NCBI GenBank assembly: GCA_048571215.1
Contig: CP182352.1
Span: forward strand, 32,001-96,000
Source: Halarcobacter sp.
GTDB lineage: Bacteria > Campylobacterota > Campylobacteria > Campylobacterales > Arcobacteraceae
Direction: 5' to 3'
Length of the DNA stretch: 64,000 bases
The notes below the pieces were generated by a model that worked only from the letters and a program-made list of their open reading frames with translations, was not told where the DNA came from and made no database searches. Below are positions 21,295-30,402 of the stretch, piece by piece. Numbering within the stretch: the stretch's first letter is position 1; each line of letters begins with the position of its first letter. Position numbers and translations under genes: made by a program.

Positions 21295-22031
21295 TTTGTA
21301 TCCAATAAAAACTCATTTGCATCAATATCATAGAATTTTAGTTCATACTCTTTTGAAGCAGTTTTTGTTTCAAATATAAATCTAGGATTTTCACTAATTG
21401 GTGAATAAGTTTTGATTGTTGCTAAAGTCTTATCTTTAGTTTTTAGAACAATTTTATTGATATAAAAGGCACTATTACCAAATACTAAACCTGTTTCCAT
21501 AGGGTGAAAAATAGAACTTTTTATTCTATATGCATCATCTTTTTTAAAATATGTGATTTTACCCTTTCCTAAAAGTTTGTCAAAATCAGTATTACTTGAA
21601 GCTACACTTGCAACTGCACATCCTCCTCCAAAACTTTTGATATTGTTACTACCAATATGCCAAACCCCTTTTTCATCTAATACTAAAGCTCGAAGGGGTG
21701 TCTCTTGAGCTACTCTTATATTTAAAGAGATAAAAGGCAAAAGGTTTGTTAAATCCATATCTATAATTTTTGGAATAGGATTTAAATCAGCAAATAAAAT
21801 CATTCTTTTTGCATCTTTTATTTTTTTGGCATTGACTAAAATAGGAACCTGTACAGGGTTATCTGCAAAGCTTGGTACCTTTACGATAACATTTTTATCA
21901 TCAAAGATATACTCTTGATCCTTTATTATCTGTTTTATAATATCCTCAAATGTTGGAGATATGATGGGATTTTTAGCATATAAATTATGCGAAAATAAAA
22001 AAGATACTAGTAACAAGAGTATATGTTTCAT
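21291..22031 (-). CDS. Quinoprotein dehydrogenase-associated SoxYZ-like carrier
   Basis: SoxY-like half ending GGGC fused to a SoxZ-like half (HPMETGL, ISENP). Confidence 0.88.
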   Translation of the reverse strand: MKHILLLLVSFLFSHNLYAKNPIISPTFEDIIKQIIKDQEYIFDDKNVIVKVPSFADNPVQVPILVNAKKIKDAKRMILFADLNPIPKIIDMDLTNLLPFISLNIRVAQETPLRALVLDEKGVWHIGSNNIKSFGGGCAVASVASSNTDFDKLLGKGKITYFKKDDAYRIKSSIFHPMETGLVFGNSAFYINKIVLKTKDKTLATIKTYSPISENPRFIFETKTASKEYELKFYDIDANEFLLDTK

Positions 22032-22041
22032 GATAATTCCT

Positions 22042-22911
22042 TTATTGTGTTCTTGAAATTGGTGGTAGATAATCTACCCCATATTTTTCAAATATTTTTT
22101 TAATATTGCCTTTTTCATATTGTTGAGAGATAACTCCATCAATATAATAACTAAGTGGTTTATAACTAATTTCTACAGCTGTTGCCAAATCCCAGTGATT
22201 TCTTGCCACTTGTGGAATCGAATCACTTATGTAAATTTTGTCTTTGTTGTGTTTATAATCTAGATAAAATTCTAATTGAGATTTTAATCCTGCAATTGCA
22301 TCAAGTTTCCCATTTTTGAAATCTTTTATTGCATCTTCAAAATGGAAGTAGTGTTTAACATTTTTATTAATAAGTCCTCTGGCAAAAGCTGATAAGTGGG
22401 CATCTGGAAGCGTATCAAGTTCAACACCAACAGTTTGATATGCAAATATACCTAGTGTTGTGATTTTAGGGATTATTTTTTTATGAGTTGCAATCACCCA
22501 TTTTTCACTATGGTATGGTCCTTTTATTGAGACCATTTCAGTTTCAAGTTCACCTGTTTGTTTATCTGTAAGTCTCATATAATCATAATCATATGGGATT
22601 CTAAACATCATATCAGCTTTATTTTTATGAACTAAATTACCTTTCCAAATTACATTTCTTAAATCATCAGACAATGTTTCATCTGATCCTGTTAAATACC
22701 ATTTTGCTTTTACCCCTAGTGATTTAGCAATGATTTTTCCAAGATCAACATCTATCCCTTTTAGTTTCCCTTTTTCTTCAAATGAATAGGGTGGAAAGTC
22801 TTTATATACAGCAATCATAATATAACCACTGTCTTTAATCTCCTCAATACTTCGTGCATTTGCAAAGACTACTAAAAGAATAAATATTGTAGATAATTTA
22901 AGAAGTTTCAT
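22042..22911 (-). CDS. Periplasmic binding-protein-like partner of the quinoprotein system (PedG/MxaJ-like position)
   Basis: Signal peptide, VYKDFPPYSF, GIDVDLG; directly downstream of the cytochrome gene. Confidence 0.75.
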   Translation of the reverse strand: MKLLKLSTIFILLVVFANARSIEEIKDSGYIMIAVYKDFPPYSFEEKGKLKGIDVDLGKIIAKSLGVKAKWYLTGSDETLSDDLRNVIWKGNLVHKNKADMMFRIPYDYDYMRLTDKQTGELETEMVSIKGPYHSEKWVIATHKKIIPKITTLGIFAYQTVGVELDTLPDAHLSAFARGLINKNVKHYFHFEDAIKDFKNGKLDAIAGLKSQLEFYLDYKHNKDKIYISDSIPQVARNHWDLATAVEISYKPLSYYIDGVISQQYEKGNIKKIFEKYGVDYLPPISRTQ

Positions 22912-22912
22912 C

Positions 22913-23332
22913 TTATTCTAAACCAGCTTCTATTCTTTGAGATACTATATATGTTCTAATAGCCCAAATAGCTTCTTGACTTAATACTTCTGCAAATGAT
23001 GGCATATAAACATTACCATTTCTAGTTACACCACTTAAAACTTTACTAATAAAATAAGCATCTTCATCAGTTGGTAATTCTCTTAAATCAGGAGCAATAC
23101 CACCTGAAATAACATCTAAACCATGACATCTTGCACAGTTTTCACTATAACCTATTTTACCTACTTCTTGAGCTCTAGCATTTTCTTGTTTATATGGATT
23201 TTCGTCAAACCATTGATCTCCAAATTGTTTTAATCCTGTTGTGTCAACTTTTTGAGGTGTTACACTTCCATGTCCAAAAGCAAACACTGTTGCAAATAAA
23301 GTTGCAAAACCTAATTTTTGAATTTTATTCAT
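22913..23332 (-). CDS. pedF: Cytochrome c550, electron acceptor of PQQ-ADH
   Basis: Signal peptide, HGSVTPQKVDT, single CARCH heme motif, SGGIAPDLR, YMP. Confidence 0.9.
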   Translation of the reverse strand: MNKIQKLGFATLFATVFAFGHGSVTPQKVDTTGLKQFGDQWFDENPYKQENARAQEVGKIGYSENCARCHGLDVISGGIAPDLRELPTDEDAYFISKVLSGVTRNGNVYMPSFAEVLSQEAIWAIRTYIVSQRIEAGLE

Positions 23333-23367
23333 ATTCTTTTCCTTTGAGATTTTTTTTAGATTTTGGA

Positions 23368-23399
23368 ATTATATATGCTTTATATAGCCTGATTATAGC
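23368..23399 (-). promoter_or_regulatory. Regulon promoter for the pedF operon
   Basis: GCTATAATCAGGCTATA (23399-23383), 9 nt, TATAAT (23373-23368). Confidence 0.8.
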
Positions 23400-23420
23400 G
23401 AGTAAAAAGTTTTGAATATT

Positions 23421-23452
23421 GCTAAATTGAGGCTATAAATCTGTTATACAAT
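23421..23452 (+). promoter_or_regulatory. Regulon promoter for the NitT/TauT-type ABC operon
   Basis: GCTAAATTGAGGCTATA (23421-23437), 9 nt, TACAAT (23447-23452). Confidence 0.8.
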
Positions 23453-23472
23453 TTGAGAATAATTTTTAAGGA

Positions 23473-24453
23473 TTGAAAATGAAAAAACATATTATTCTAT
23501 TTTTTATATGTAGTTTAGTTTTAGTTTTTGCTAATGATAAATTAAAAATTGGAGTCTTATCTTATGGAACAGTTAATTGGGAATTAGATGTTTTAAAACA
23601 TCATAATTTAGATAAAAAGTATGGCTTTGATTTAGAGTTAGTAAATATAGCTTCAAAAAATGCTCAATCAATAGCTTTATTGGCAAATGAAGTAGATATG
23701 ATAGTTCATGATTGGGTTTGGATAAATTTACAGAAAAGTAAAAATAGAGATTATATGTTTTATCCCTATTCAAAAGCTACAGGTACATTAGTTGTAAATC
23801 AAAATATAAAAGATTTTGCAGATTTAAAAGAAAAAGAACTAGGAATAGCTGGGGGAAAGTACTCTAAAACTTGGCTTTTATTTAAGGCTTTTTATGAAAA
23901 AAAATATCAAAAAGATTTTCAAGATGAGGTTTCTGTCTTATATGCATCCCCTTCAATTTTATATTTGAAGATGTTAAACAACTCTTTAGATGCAGCAATT
24001 AATTTTTGGCATTTTAATTCAAAGTTGGAACCAAAAGGGATTAGACCACTTATCTCTATAAAAGAGGTTTTAAATGAAATAGGAATTAAATCGGATATAC
24101 CTTTTATAGGTTGGACGTTTTCAAAGAAGTTTGCTATGAAGAATAAAAAACTTATAAACTCTTTTATAAGTGCAAGTCATGAAGCAAAAGAGATTTTAAA
24201 AAATAGCGATGAAGAGTGGAATAGAATAAAAAGAATAATGAAAGTAAAAGATATAAAAACTTTCAATGCATTAAAAAACGGATATAAAAAAGGGATAATA
24301 AATCATCTTGATAAAACAACAATTGAAGATATGAAAAAAGTTTATACCATATTGGCAAAACAAAGTGGTTTTAAATATGTGGATAAAAACAGCACTTTAG
24401 ATGAAAGTATTTTTTGGAATTTTAATAAAGTAAAGTTAAAAGCAAATGAATAA
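23473..24453 (+). CDS. ABC transporter substrate-binding protein, NitT/TauT type
   Basis: Signal peptide, GVLSYGTVNWELD, NFWHF; followed by permease and ATPase. Confidence 0.82.
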   Translation: MKMKKHIILFFICSLVLVFANDKLKIGVLSYGTVNWELDVLKHHNLDKKYGFDLELVNIASKNAQSIALLANEVDMIVHDWVWINLQKSKNRDYMFYPYSKATGTLVVNQNIKDFADLKEKELGIAGGKYSKTWLLFKAFYEKKYQKDFQDEVSVLYASPSILYLKMLNNSLDAAINFWHFNSKLEPKGIRPLISIKEVLNEIGIKSDIPFIGWTFSKKFAMKNKKLINSFISASHEAKEILKNSDEEWNRIKRIMKVKDIKTFNALKNGYKKGIINHLDKTTIEDMKKVYTILAKQSGFKYVDKNSTLDESIFWNFNKVKLKANE

Positions 24454-25183
24454 TACCCAATCTAAAATATGTGCTATTTTAATATTTGTAATAATCTGGC
24501 AAGGAGGATCTTTAATGGTAGATTCAAGCCTTTTCCCAAGTGCGATGGATGTGCTTAGGAATCTTTATTATAATATCTTTGAAGATGATTTATTACATCA
24601 CCTTTTTATTACTTTGTATAGGGTATTTATCTGTTTTTTTATAACTTTGTTTATAGGGATGATAATGGGTTTATTAATGGGTTTTTATGAGGAGTTAAAT
24701 GAGGTTTTAGATTTTGTATTGATTTTGGCTTTAAATATCCCAGCACTAGTAACAATAATTATTTGTTATATTTGGTTTGGGCTTACAGATTTTGCAGCTA
24801 TTTTAGCTGTAGTTATAAATAAAGTTCCCATAGTAATAGTAAATATTAGAGAGGGAACTAGGGCTATGGATAAGAAATATAGCGATTTTGCAAAGGTTTA
24901 TAAATTATCACAAAAAGAGGTTTATAAAAATGTGTATCTACCCCAATTATTCCCTTATATAATGGCTACAGTTAGACTTTGTTTATCCTTGATTTGGAAA
25001 ATTGTTTTAGTGGTTGAACTATTAGGAAGAAGTGATGGTATTGGTTTCCAAATCTCGCAGTTTTTTCAGTTTTTTGATATCACATCAATCTTATCATATA
25101 CAATATCTTTTGTTACTGTGGTGGTTTTAATAGAAAGTTATATATTAAAACCTTTAGAATTAAAAACTAAAAGATGGAAATAA
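24446..25183 (+). CDS. ABC transporter permease, NitT/TauT type
   Basis: Hydrophobic; WKIVLVVELLGRSDGIG. Confidence 0.87.
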   Translation: MNNTQSKICAILIFVIIWQGGSLMVDSSLFPSAMDVLRNLYYNIFEDDLLHHLFITLYRVFICFFITLFIGMIMGLLMGFYEELNEVLDFVLILALNIPALVTIIICYIWFGLTDFAAILAVVINKVPIVIVNIREGTRAMDKKYSDFAKVYKLSQKEVYKNVYLPQLFPYIMATVRLCLSLIWKIVLVVELLGRSDGIGFQISQFFQFFDITSILSYTISFVTVVVLIESYILKPLELKTKRWK

Positions 25184-25184
25184 G

Positions 25185-25883
25185 ATGATAAGTATAAATA
25201 TTAATGAGAAGCGTTTTAATGAAACTGTCATTTTAAAAGATCTAGATTTTTCTTTAAACAAAAGTGAATTTATATCTATAATTGGACCATCAGGTTGTGG
25301 TAAATCAACCCTACTTAATATAATCTCTTTTTTAGATAATGATTATGTAGGGAAGATTAAAGGGGAGTTTTCAAATATATCTTTTATGTTTCAAGATCAT
25401 AGACTTCTTCCTTGGCTTAGCGTAAAAGATAATCTATTGTTGGTTTCAAAAACAAAAGATGAAAAAGAGATTATTGATTTATTAGAACTTATAGGTTTAG
25501 AAAATATATTGCATGAATATCCTAATAATCTATCAGGGGGGATGTTAAGACGTGTTTCTTTAGTTAGAGCTTTTATCAACAAACCCGATTTGATACTTTT
25601 AGATGAACCTTTTATCTCTTTAGATTATCCAACTTCACAAGCTTTAAAAAAAGAGCTTTTAGCTTTTTATAATAGGTTTAAAGCAACTATAATTTTAGTT
25701 ACACACGATATAAGTGAGGCTATATTATTATCAAATAGGATTTTGTTTTTTAGTAAAAATCCAGCAAAAGTTTTATTAGATTTCAAAAATCATGATAATC
25801 AAGTTTTTAATCAAAAAAGAAATGATGAGATAAAAAACAAAATTTTAGAAAAATATCCAAAAATATTAGAAGGAAAATTATGA
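25185..25883 (+). CDS. ABC transporter ATP-binding protein, NitT/TauT type
   Basis: GPSGCGKST, FQDHRLLPW, LSGGM, LDEPF. Confidence 0.9.
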   Translation: MISININEKRFNETVILKDLDFSLNKSEFISIIGPSGCGKSTLLNIISFLDNDYVGKIKGEFSNISFMFQDHRLLPWLSVKDNLLLVSKTKDEKEIIDLLELIGLENILHEYPNNLSGGMLRRVSLVRAFINKPDLILLDEPFISLDYPTSQALKKELLAFYNRFKATIILVTHDISEAILLSNRILFFSKNPAKVLLDFKNHDNQVFNQKRNDEIKNKILEKYPKILEGKL

Positions 25884-26290
25884 TTACATACAAAAAAAGC
25901 ATAGCTATAGCGCTATTATTAACAGCCTTAAACCTAGATGCTCAAAAAATACAGGTTTTTAAACCAATTGCAAGTACTTGTCCACAAAATTGGTTGGAAG
26001 ATATGAAAGAGTTAACTAATGAAGTTGAAATTGTAAATTTAAAAGATGTAAAAAGATTAAAACATGAGATGAAAATTCCCTATGAATTACGCTCTTGCAA
26101 TACCTCTATTATGGATGATTATATATTTGAAGGAAATGTACCTAAAGAAGCTATGAAAGAGTTTTTAAAAAACCCTGTTAAAGATGCTTTAGGACTTAGC
26201 TTACCAGCCTCAGAAAATCTTAAAAAAGAGAAAACTGTATATATACTTTTTAAAAACAATACTTATAAAGTTTTTGGAAAATACAAGTAG
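25880..26290 (+). CDS. Divergent DUF411/CopG-like periplasmic protein
   Basis: Signal peptide; SCNTS and YIFEGNVP align with DUF411 SCHTA and EGHVP. Confidence 0.65.
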   Translation: MITYKKSIAIALLLTALNLDAQKIQVFKPIASTCPQNWLEDMKELTNEVEIVNLKDVKRLKHEMKIPYELRSCNTSIMDDYIFEGNVPKEAMKEFLKNPVKDALGLSLPASENLKKEKTVYILFKNNTYKVFGKYK

Positions 26291-26310
26291 CTTTAAGCTA
26301 TTTGTATTTT
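26278..26310 (+). terminator. Probable intrinsic terminator
   Basis: AAAATACAAGTAGCT-TTA-AGCTATTTGTATTTT hairpin at the end of the operon. Confidence 0.6.
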
Positions 26311-26373
26311 ATTAAAAATAAACAATAAAATATTAGATAAATAAGTTATTAAATTTTTTATTTTACCCATATA

Positions 26374-26405
26374 GCTATAATCTAGCTATATCAAAAAGTT
26401 ATAAT
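26374..26405 (+). promoter_or_regulatory. Regulon promoter for the porin gene
   Basis: GCTATAATCTAGCTATA (26374-26390), 9 nt, TATAAT (26400-26405). Confidence 0.75.
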
Positions 26406-26452
26406 TTTAATCAAGCTTTTATTAGTTTGACAAAATTATATAGGGGAAAGAA

Positions 26453-27655
26453 ATGAAAAAAAGGCTAGGGTTAATTAGTTTAGTTGCATCAATTGCAGTT
26501 ACATCTATGCAAGCGGGAGAGTTAGATTTAATCTCAGATTTAAAGATTAGTGGAGATGCAAGAGTTAGAGGAGTTTCAGTAAAGGGTGATACTGCAACTT
26601 CAGGTTCAACAGCTGCTACAAGACAAGATAAACAAAAATTTGAGTCAAGACTTAGATTAAATCTTGATTTTAAAGTAGATGATAGTGTAAGTATACATAC
26701 TAGAATTGTTGCAGATAATAATGCATGGGGAAACAATAATAATGATACTTTTACTTGGGATGAAGCTTATGTTGTTGTCCCATTCAATCAAGATAAGTTT
26801 TTATTAGCTGGTAGAATAGAAGATAGTTATGGTACTAAATTTTATGGTAGTAATGGTGATCCTATTGATTTAGCTTTAGTGGGATATAACCCAAAACCAA
26901 ATATTTTATTATATGCTTTTGATTATAAAGCAGTTGAGGGGTCTGTTGTAGATCAAGGTTCAAGTCTAGGTTTAAGTAATACTGGAAATGGGGACTTTGA
27001 CGCATACTCTATTGGTGGGCAAATCACTATTGATGAGATGTTAATGGGTGGTAGATATGTTTATTTACAAAATAATACTGCAATTGGTGGTGGCGCTTAC
27101 GCAGATGCAAATAGCCATATGTATAATGCTTTTGCCCTTGGGAAATATGCAGGACTTGATATTCAAGCACAAGTTGAAAAAAGAACAGGGGATAAATACT
27201 CTGGTGGTATTGTTGATGAAAAGATGTTTGGTGCATATCTAAATATAGCAAAAGATTTTGGAGATTTCAAAGCAGGACTTTCTGCTGTTAAAACTGAAAA
27301 GGGTTATGTTTCTGGCTCTGAATTACCTGTGTCATATTTAACTAATGATGATTTAGGTATGGCTGCACTTGGTAGAGTTGGAGCTTATGGAGATACTTCA
27401 CTTTATGCAGCAAATTTTTCTTATTCTCCTAGTGCAGATTTAACTTTTGAAGCAAATCTTGCTCATCATTCTATTGATAATGCAAGTTTTAATAGTATAA
27501 ATAAAGATTTAGAAATAATGGAATATGATGTAGGTTTATCTTATAATCTTACAAAAAACACTCAATTATCTTTAAGATATGCACAGGGTAATTTTGATGA
27601 GGGGAATTTAGAGGATCTATCAGTAGTAGTTGGTGCAGTAGAAATTAGTTTTTAA
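26453..27655 (+). CDS. Outer-membrane beta-barrel porin
   Basis: Signal peptide, ISGDARVR first strand, alternating amphipathic strands, C-terminal Phe; no plug domain. Confidence 0.8.
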   Translation: MKKRLGLISLVASIAVTSMQAGELDLISDLKISGDARVRGVSVKGDTATSGSTAATRQDKQKFESRLRLNLDFKVDDSVSIHTRIVADNNAWGNNNNDTFTWDEAYVVVPFNQDKFLLAGRIEDSYGTKFYGSNGDPIDLALVGYNPKPNILLYAFDYKAVEGSVVDQGSSLGLSNTGNGDFDAYSIGGQITIDEMLMGGRYVYLQNNTAIGGGAYADANSHMYNAFALGKYAGLDIQAQVEKRTGDKYSGGIVDEKMFGAYLNIAKDFGDFKAGLSAVKTEKGYVSGSELPVSYLTNDDLGMAALGRVGAYGDTSLYAANFSYSPSADLTFEANLAHHSIDNASFNSINKDLEIMEYDVGLSYNLTKNTQLSLRYAQGNFDEGNLEDLSVVVGAVEISF

Positions 27656-27665
27656 TCTTAAAACA

Positions 27666-27698
27666 TAGTAAAAAGATTCATGATGAATCTTTTTACTA
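27666..27698. terminator. Bidirectional terminator between convergent genes
   Basis: Perfect 15-bp inverted repeat TAGTAAAAAGATTCA-TGA-TGAATCTTTTTACTA. Confidence 0.8.
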
Positions 27699-27701
27699 AA
27701 T

Positions 27702-28166
27702 TTAAAAAATAACCTCTTCAATAATCTTTTTTATATTTTCATTTATCTCTTTTGCCATTTTTTCATCTTTTTTCAAAGGTTTAAATTTCATATATGAAAT
27801 GTAAAAGAAGTTTTGATTTTTTGTTTTATAAACAGCAAGTGAAAATGGACAAAAAAGAATATTATCTGGATTTTCAGCTAAAAGTCTAAAGGTAACAGAA
27901 CTTTTGCAAAAGGCAAGTTTTTTACTAAATTCTAAGTTAGATTTTTTATCTATAAGTTTTCCAATATTTTTAGTAAGCTTTGCAAAATCACCTTCATAGA
28001 CTATTTTATATCCATTTGCAAGTAGTTCATTTTTTAAAAGTAAGTATGTAGTTTGAATACTCTCTTGGCTTAGTTTATATTTTACAAAATAATCAGTCTC
28101 ATAAACTTCAATTTTAGCAAACAGCGTAGAAAAAAGTAAAATTATAAGTATAAGATATTTTATCAT
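27702..28166 (-). CDS. DUF302-like periplasmic protein
   Basis: Signal peptide; FC...ENPDNILFCPFSLAVY pattern. Confidence 0.65.
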   Translation of the reverse strand: MIKYLILIILLFSTLFAKIEVYETDYFVKYKLSQESIQTTYLLLKNELLANGYKIVYEGDFAKLTKNIGKLIDKKSNLEFSKKLAFCKSSVTFRLLAENPDNILFCPFSLAVYKTKNQNFFYISYMKFKPLKKDEKMAKEINENIKKIIEEVIF

Positions 28167-29311
28167 TGTTCACATCTCATCTCAAACTTTGCAACACCTA
28201 AGGTATCTAAATCTGTTAGGGGATGTAAGAATCCAACTTGTGGGGAAGTTGATATTAGTGCTCTTGGTTGAACTAAGGCTATTGGGGTTCTTAATTGACC
28301 ATTAAAGTCTCTAAAAGAGAGCTTTCTTCCCATATATGCACCAATTTCAAACTCTTTTGAACGTATAAATTTTATATTTTTTTCCAATGAAGCTGTTTGG
28401 GTTTTTGCAATTGAACTAATAATTGTTCTAATAGCAACCCAGTTTGAAAAATCTTTTTGTTCCATCCATCTTTTAGCAAATTTTTCAAATCTGCTTTGCA
28501 TTTGTGCAGCTCCCCAGGCTTCTATTACTTTATGCCATTGTAAAGGTTTAAGTCCTTGAGTTCCAGCTATTGGTCTAGGAAGCCAGGTATTAAAAGATAA
28601 AAACTCACCAAAATCTCCATAAAAATCTGCCACCATTACAAGATCATAATCGCTAGCTTGTGTAAATGCTGGAAATTCAGCTGTTGCTTTTCTTCTAATA
28701 TCACTATTGTTTTCCCAAACTTTTTCTTTAACAATAGAAGCACCAAATTTTTTGATTGACTTTTTCATATCCTTTTTTATCTCAATATCTTTTGGATTTG
28801 TTCCACTAATCAAAAAAATCTTTTTAAAATTTCGTTTTACTAAAAACTGAACTAGTCCATCATAAAGCATACTATTACTAGGAATTGTATGTATAAAGTT
28901 TTGTTTACAATAGTCTTTTCTAAGATTTGTATTAAGACTGCTTGCATTTATAAGTAAGGCTTTTGAAGATAATTTAGAATTGATTAGTTTTTTTAGTAAT
29001 TTAGTTTCAACATTTAGTATAATATATGAGTTCCCTTCATTTATAAACTTATTAAAAGCTTCAATAAGTTCATTTTCATCATAAGATATTTTTTCAATTA
29101 GATTAAAATGTTGGTTTAGAAATCTTGCACTTTTATTACTATCTTTTACTGCAAGTCTTGCACCTTGTATTCCTAAATCTTTTGGTTCTTCAATTACATT
29201 TGAAAGTACGGGTGGTTTTTTAATTTTTTGTTCTAGGTATAAAATATTTACATCCAAAGTTTGTGCACTTAAAAAACTTGTTAATAAAAATAAATAGATA
29301 ACTAATCTCAT
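28163..29311 (-). CDS. ABC substrate-binding protein of the PQQ-ADH system (PedA1-like)
   Basis: DGLVQFL, DFYGDFG, TWLPRPIAGTQGL, SPQVGFLHP...LDTLG; true start likely ATG 29311 (signal peptide, RBS, promoter lies within the longer ORF call). Confidence 0.85.
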   Translation of the reverse strand: MRLVIYLFLLTSFLSAQTLDVNILYLEQKIKKPPVLSNVIEEPKDLGIQGARLAVKDSNKSARFLNQHFNLIEKISYDENELIEAFNKFINEGNSYIILNVETKLLKKLINSKLSSKALLINASSLNTNLRKDYCKQNFIHTIPSNSMLYDGLVQFLVKRNFKKIFLISGTNPKDIEIKKDMKKSIKKFGASIVKEKVWENNSDIRRKATAEFPAFTQASDYDLVMVADFYGDFGEFLSFNTWLPRPIAGTQGLKPLQWHKVIEAWGAAQMQSRFEKFAKRWMEQKDFSNWVAIRTIISSIAKTQTASLEKNIKFIRSKEFEIGAYMGRKLSFRDFNGQLRTPIALVQPRALISTSPQVGFLHPLTDLDTLGVAKFEMRCEQ

Positions 29312-29337
29312 AGTATCCCTTTTAATTGATTTTAATA

Positions 29338-29369
29338 AGTATATTAAAGTTTTATAGCCTGAATTTAGC
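29338..29369 (-). promoter_or_regulatory. Regulon promoter for the pedA1-like gene
   Basis: GCTAAATTCAGGCTATA (29369-29353), 9 nt, TATACT (29343-29338). Confidence 0.8.
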
Positions 29370-29381
29370 AAGAATTACCTT

Positions 29382-29413
29382 GCTAAACTGAGGCTATAAA
29401 GATGGTATAGAAT
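29382..29413 (+). promoter_or_regulatory. Regulon promoter for the pedA2BC-like operon
   Basis: GCTAAACTGAGGCTATA (29382-29398), 9 nt, TAGAAT (29408-29413). Confidence 0.8.
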
Positions 29414-29440
29414 GGCATAAATAAAAAATTGGAGTGGGAA

Positions 29441-30400
29441 ATGAAAAAATTGATTTTATCTGGAGTTCTAATTTCAAGTGCACTTTTTGCCGATACAATT
29501 TATGTATCAAATGAAAAGGACAATACAGTAAGTGTAATTGACTCTAAAACAAATAGTGTTGTAAATACTATAGAGGTTGGTCAAAGACCAAGGGGTATAT
29601 TATTATCAAATGATTATTCAAAACTTTATATTTGTGCAAGTGATGATGACACTGTCCAAGTTATGGATACAAAAACAAATAAAATTTTATATAATCTACC
29701 ATCAGGAGAAGATCCAGAACAATTTGCATTAACTCCAGATAATAAAGAGCTTTATATCTCAAATGAGGATGATGCAATTGTAACAGTTGTTGATACTGAA
29801 AAGAGAACTGTTTTAGCACAAATTGATGTTGGAGTTGAGCCTGAAGGGATGGCAGTAAGTCCAGATGGTAGTGTTGCAATAAATACAACTGAAACTTCAA
29901 ACTTTTTACACTGGATAGATACAAAAACAAAAAAAATCATCCACAATACTTTAGTAGATCAAAGACCAAGACATATTGAGTTTTCCAAAAATGGGGATAT
30001 GGTTTGGGCATCAAGTGAGATTGGTGGAACAGTTATGGTTGTAGATGCAAAAACTAAAAAATCTGTTGCTAAGATAGGTTTTAAAATACCTGGTATATTT
30101 AAAGATTTGATTCAGCCAGTTGGAATAAAACTAACAAGTGATGGAAAATATGCTTTTATAGCACTTGGACCTGCTAATCATGTTGCGGTTGTTGATGCCA
30201 AAACATATAAAGTAATCAAATATTTACTTGTAGGAAAAAGAGTTTGGCAATTAGCTTTTGTAAATGGGGAGGATAAACTTTACACAACAAATGGAGTTAG
30301 TGGGGATGTATCTATTATAGATGTGCCTTCATTAAAAGTTGAAAAAAGTGTAAAAGTTGGAAGATACCCTTGGGGACTTGCTGTAATACCAAGTAAATAG
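29441..30400 (+). CDS. PQQ-catabolism-associated YVTN beta-propeller protein (PedA2-like)
   Basis: YVSNEKDNTVSVID, VGQRPRGI, VGVEPEGMAVSPDG, VGRYPWG repeats; start ATG 29441. Confidence 0.9.
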   Translation: MKKLILSGVLISSALFADTIYVSNEKDNTVSVIDSKTNSVVNTIEVGQRPRGILLSNDYSKLYICASDDDTVQVMDTKTNKILYNLPSGEDPEQFALTPDNKELYISNEDDAIVTVVDTEKRTVLAQIDVGVEPEGMAVSPDGSVAINTTETSNFLHWIDTKTKKIIHNTLVDQRPRHIEFSKNGDMVWASSEIGGTVMVVDAKTKKSVAKIGFKIPGIFKDLIQPVGIKLTSDGKYAFIALGPANHVAVVDAKTYKVIKYLLVGKRVWQLAFVNGEDKLYTTNGVSGDVSIIDVPSLKVEKSVKVGRYPWGLAVIPSK

Positions 30401-30402
30401 TT

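Noticed and set aside
21291..22031. Sox thiosulfate oxidation pathway
   Set aside because: No soxAX, soxB or soxCD in the window; the fused SoxYZ-like form in a pedF operon is the quinoprotein-associated type.
25900..25920. GCTATAGCGCTATT as another regulon box
   Set aside because: Inside a coding region, 8-bp rather than 11-bp period, and no -10 box at the expected distance.
29312..29440. Longer N-termini given by the ORF track (starts 29371 and 29429; likewise 43147, 18879, 18601, 59424)
   Set aside because: They overlap promoter elements or neighbouring genes, or lack an RBS; downstream ATGs give proper signal peptides or family N-termini.
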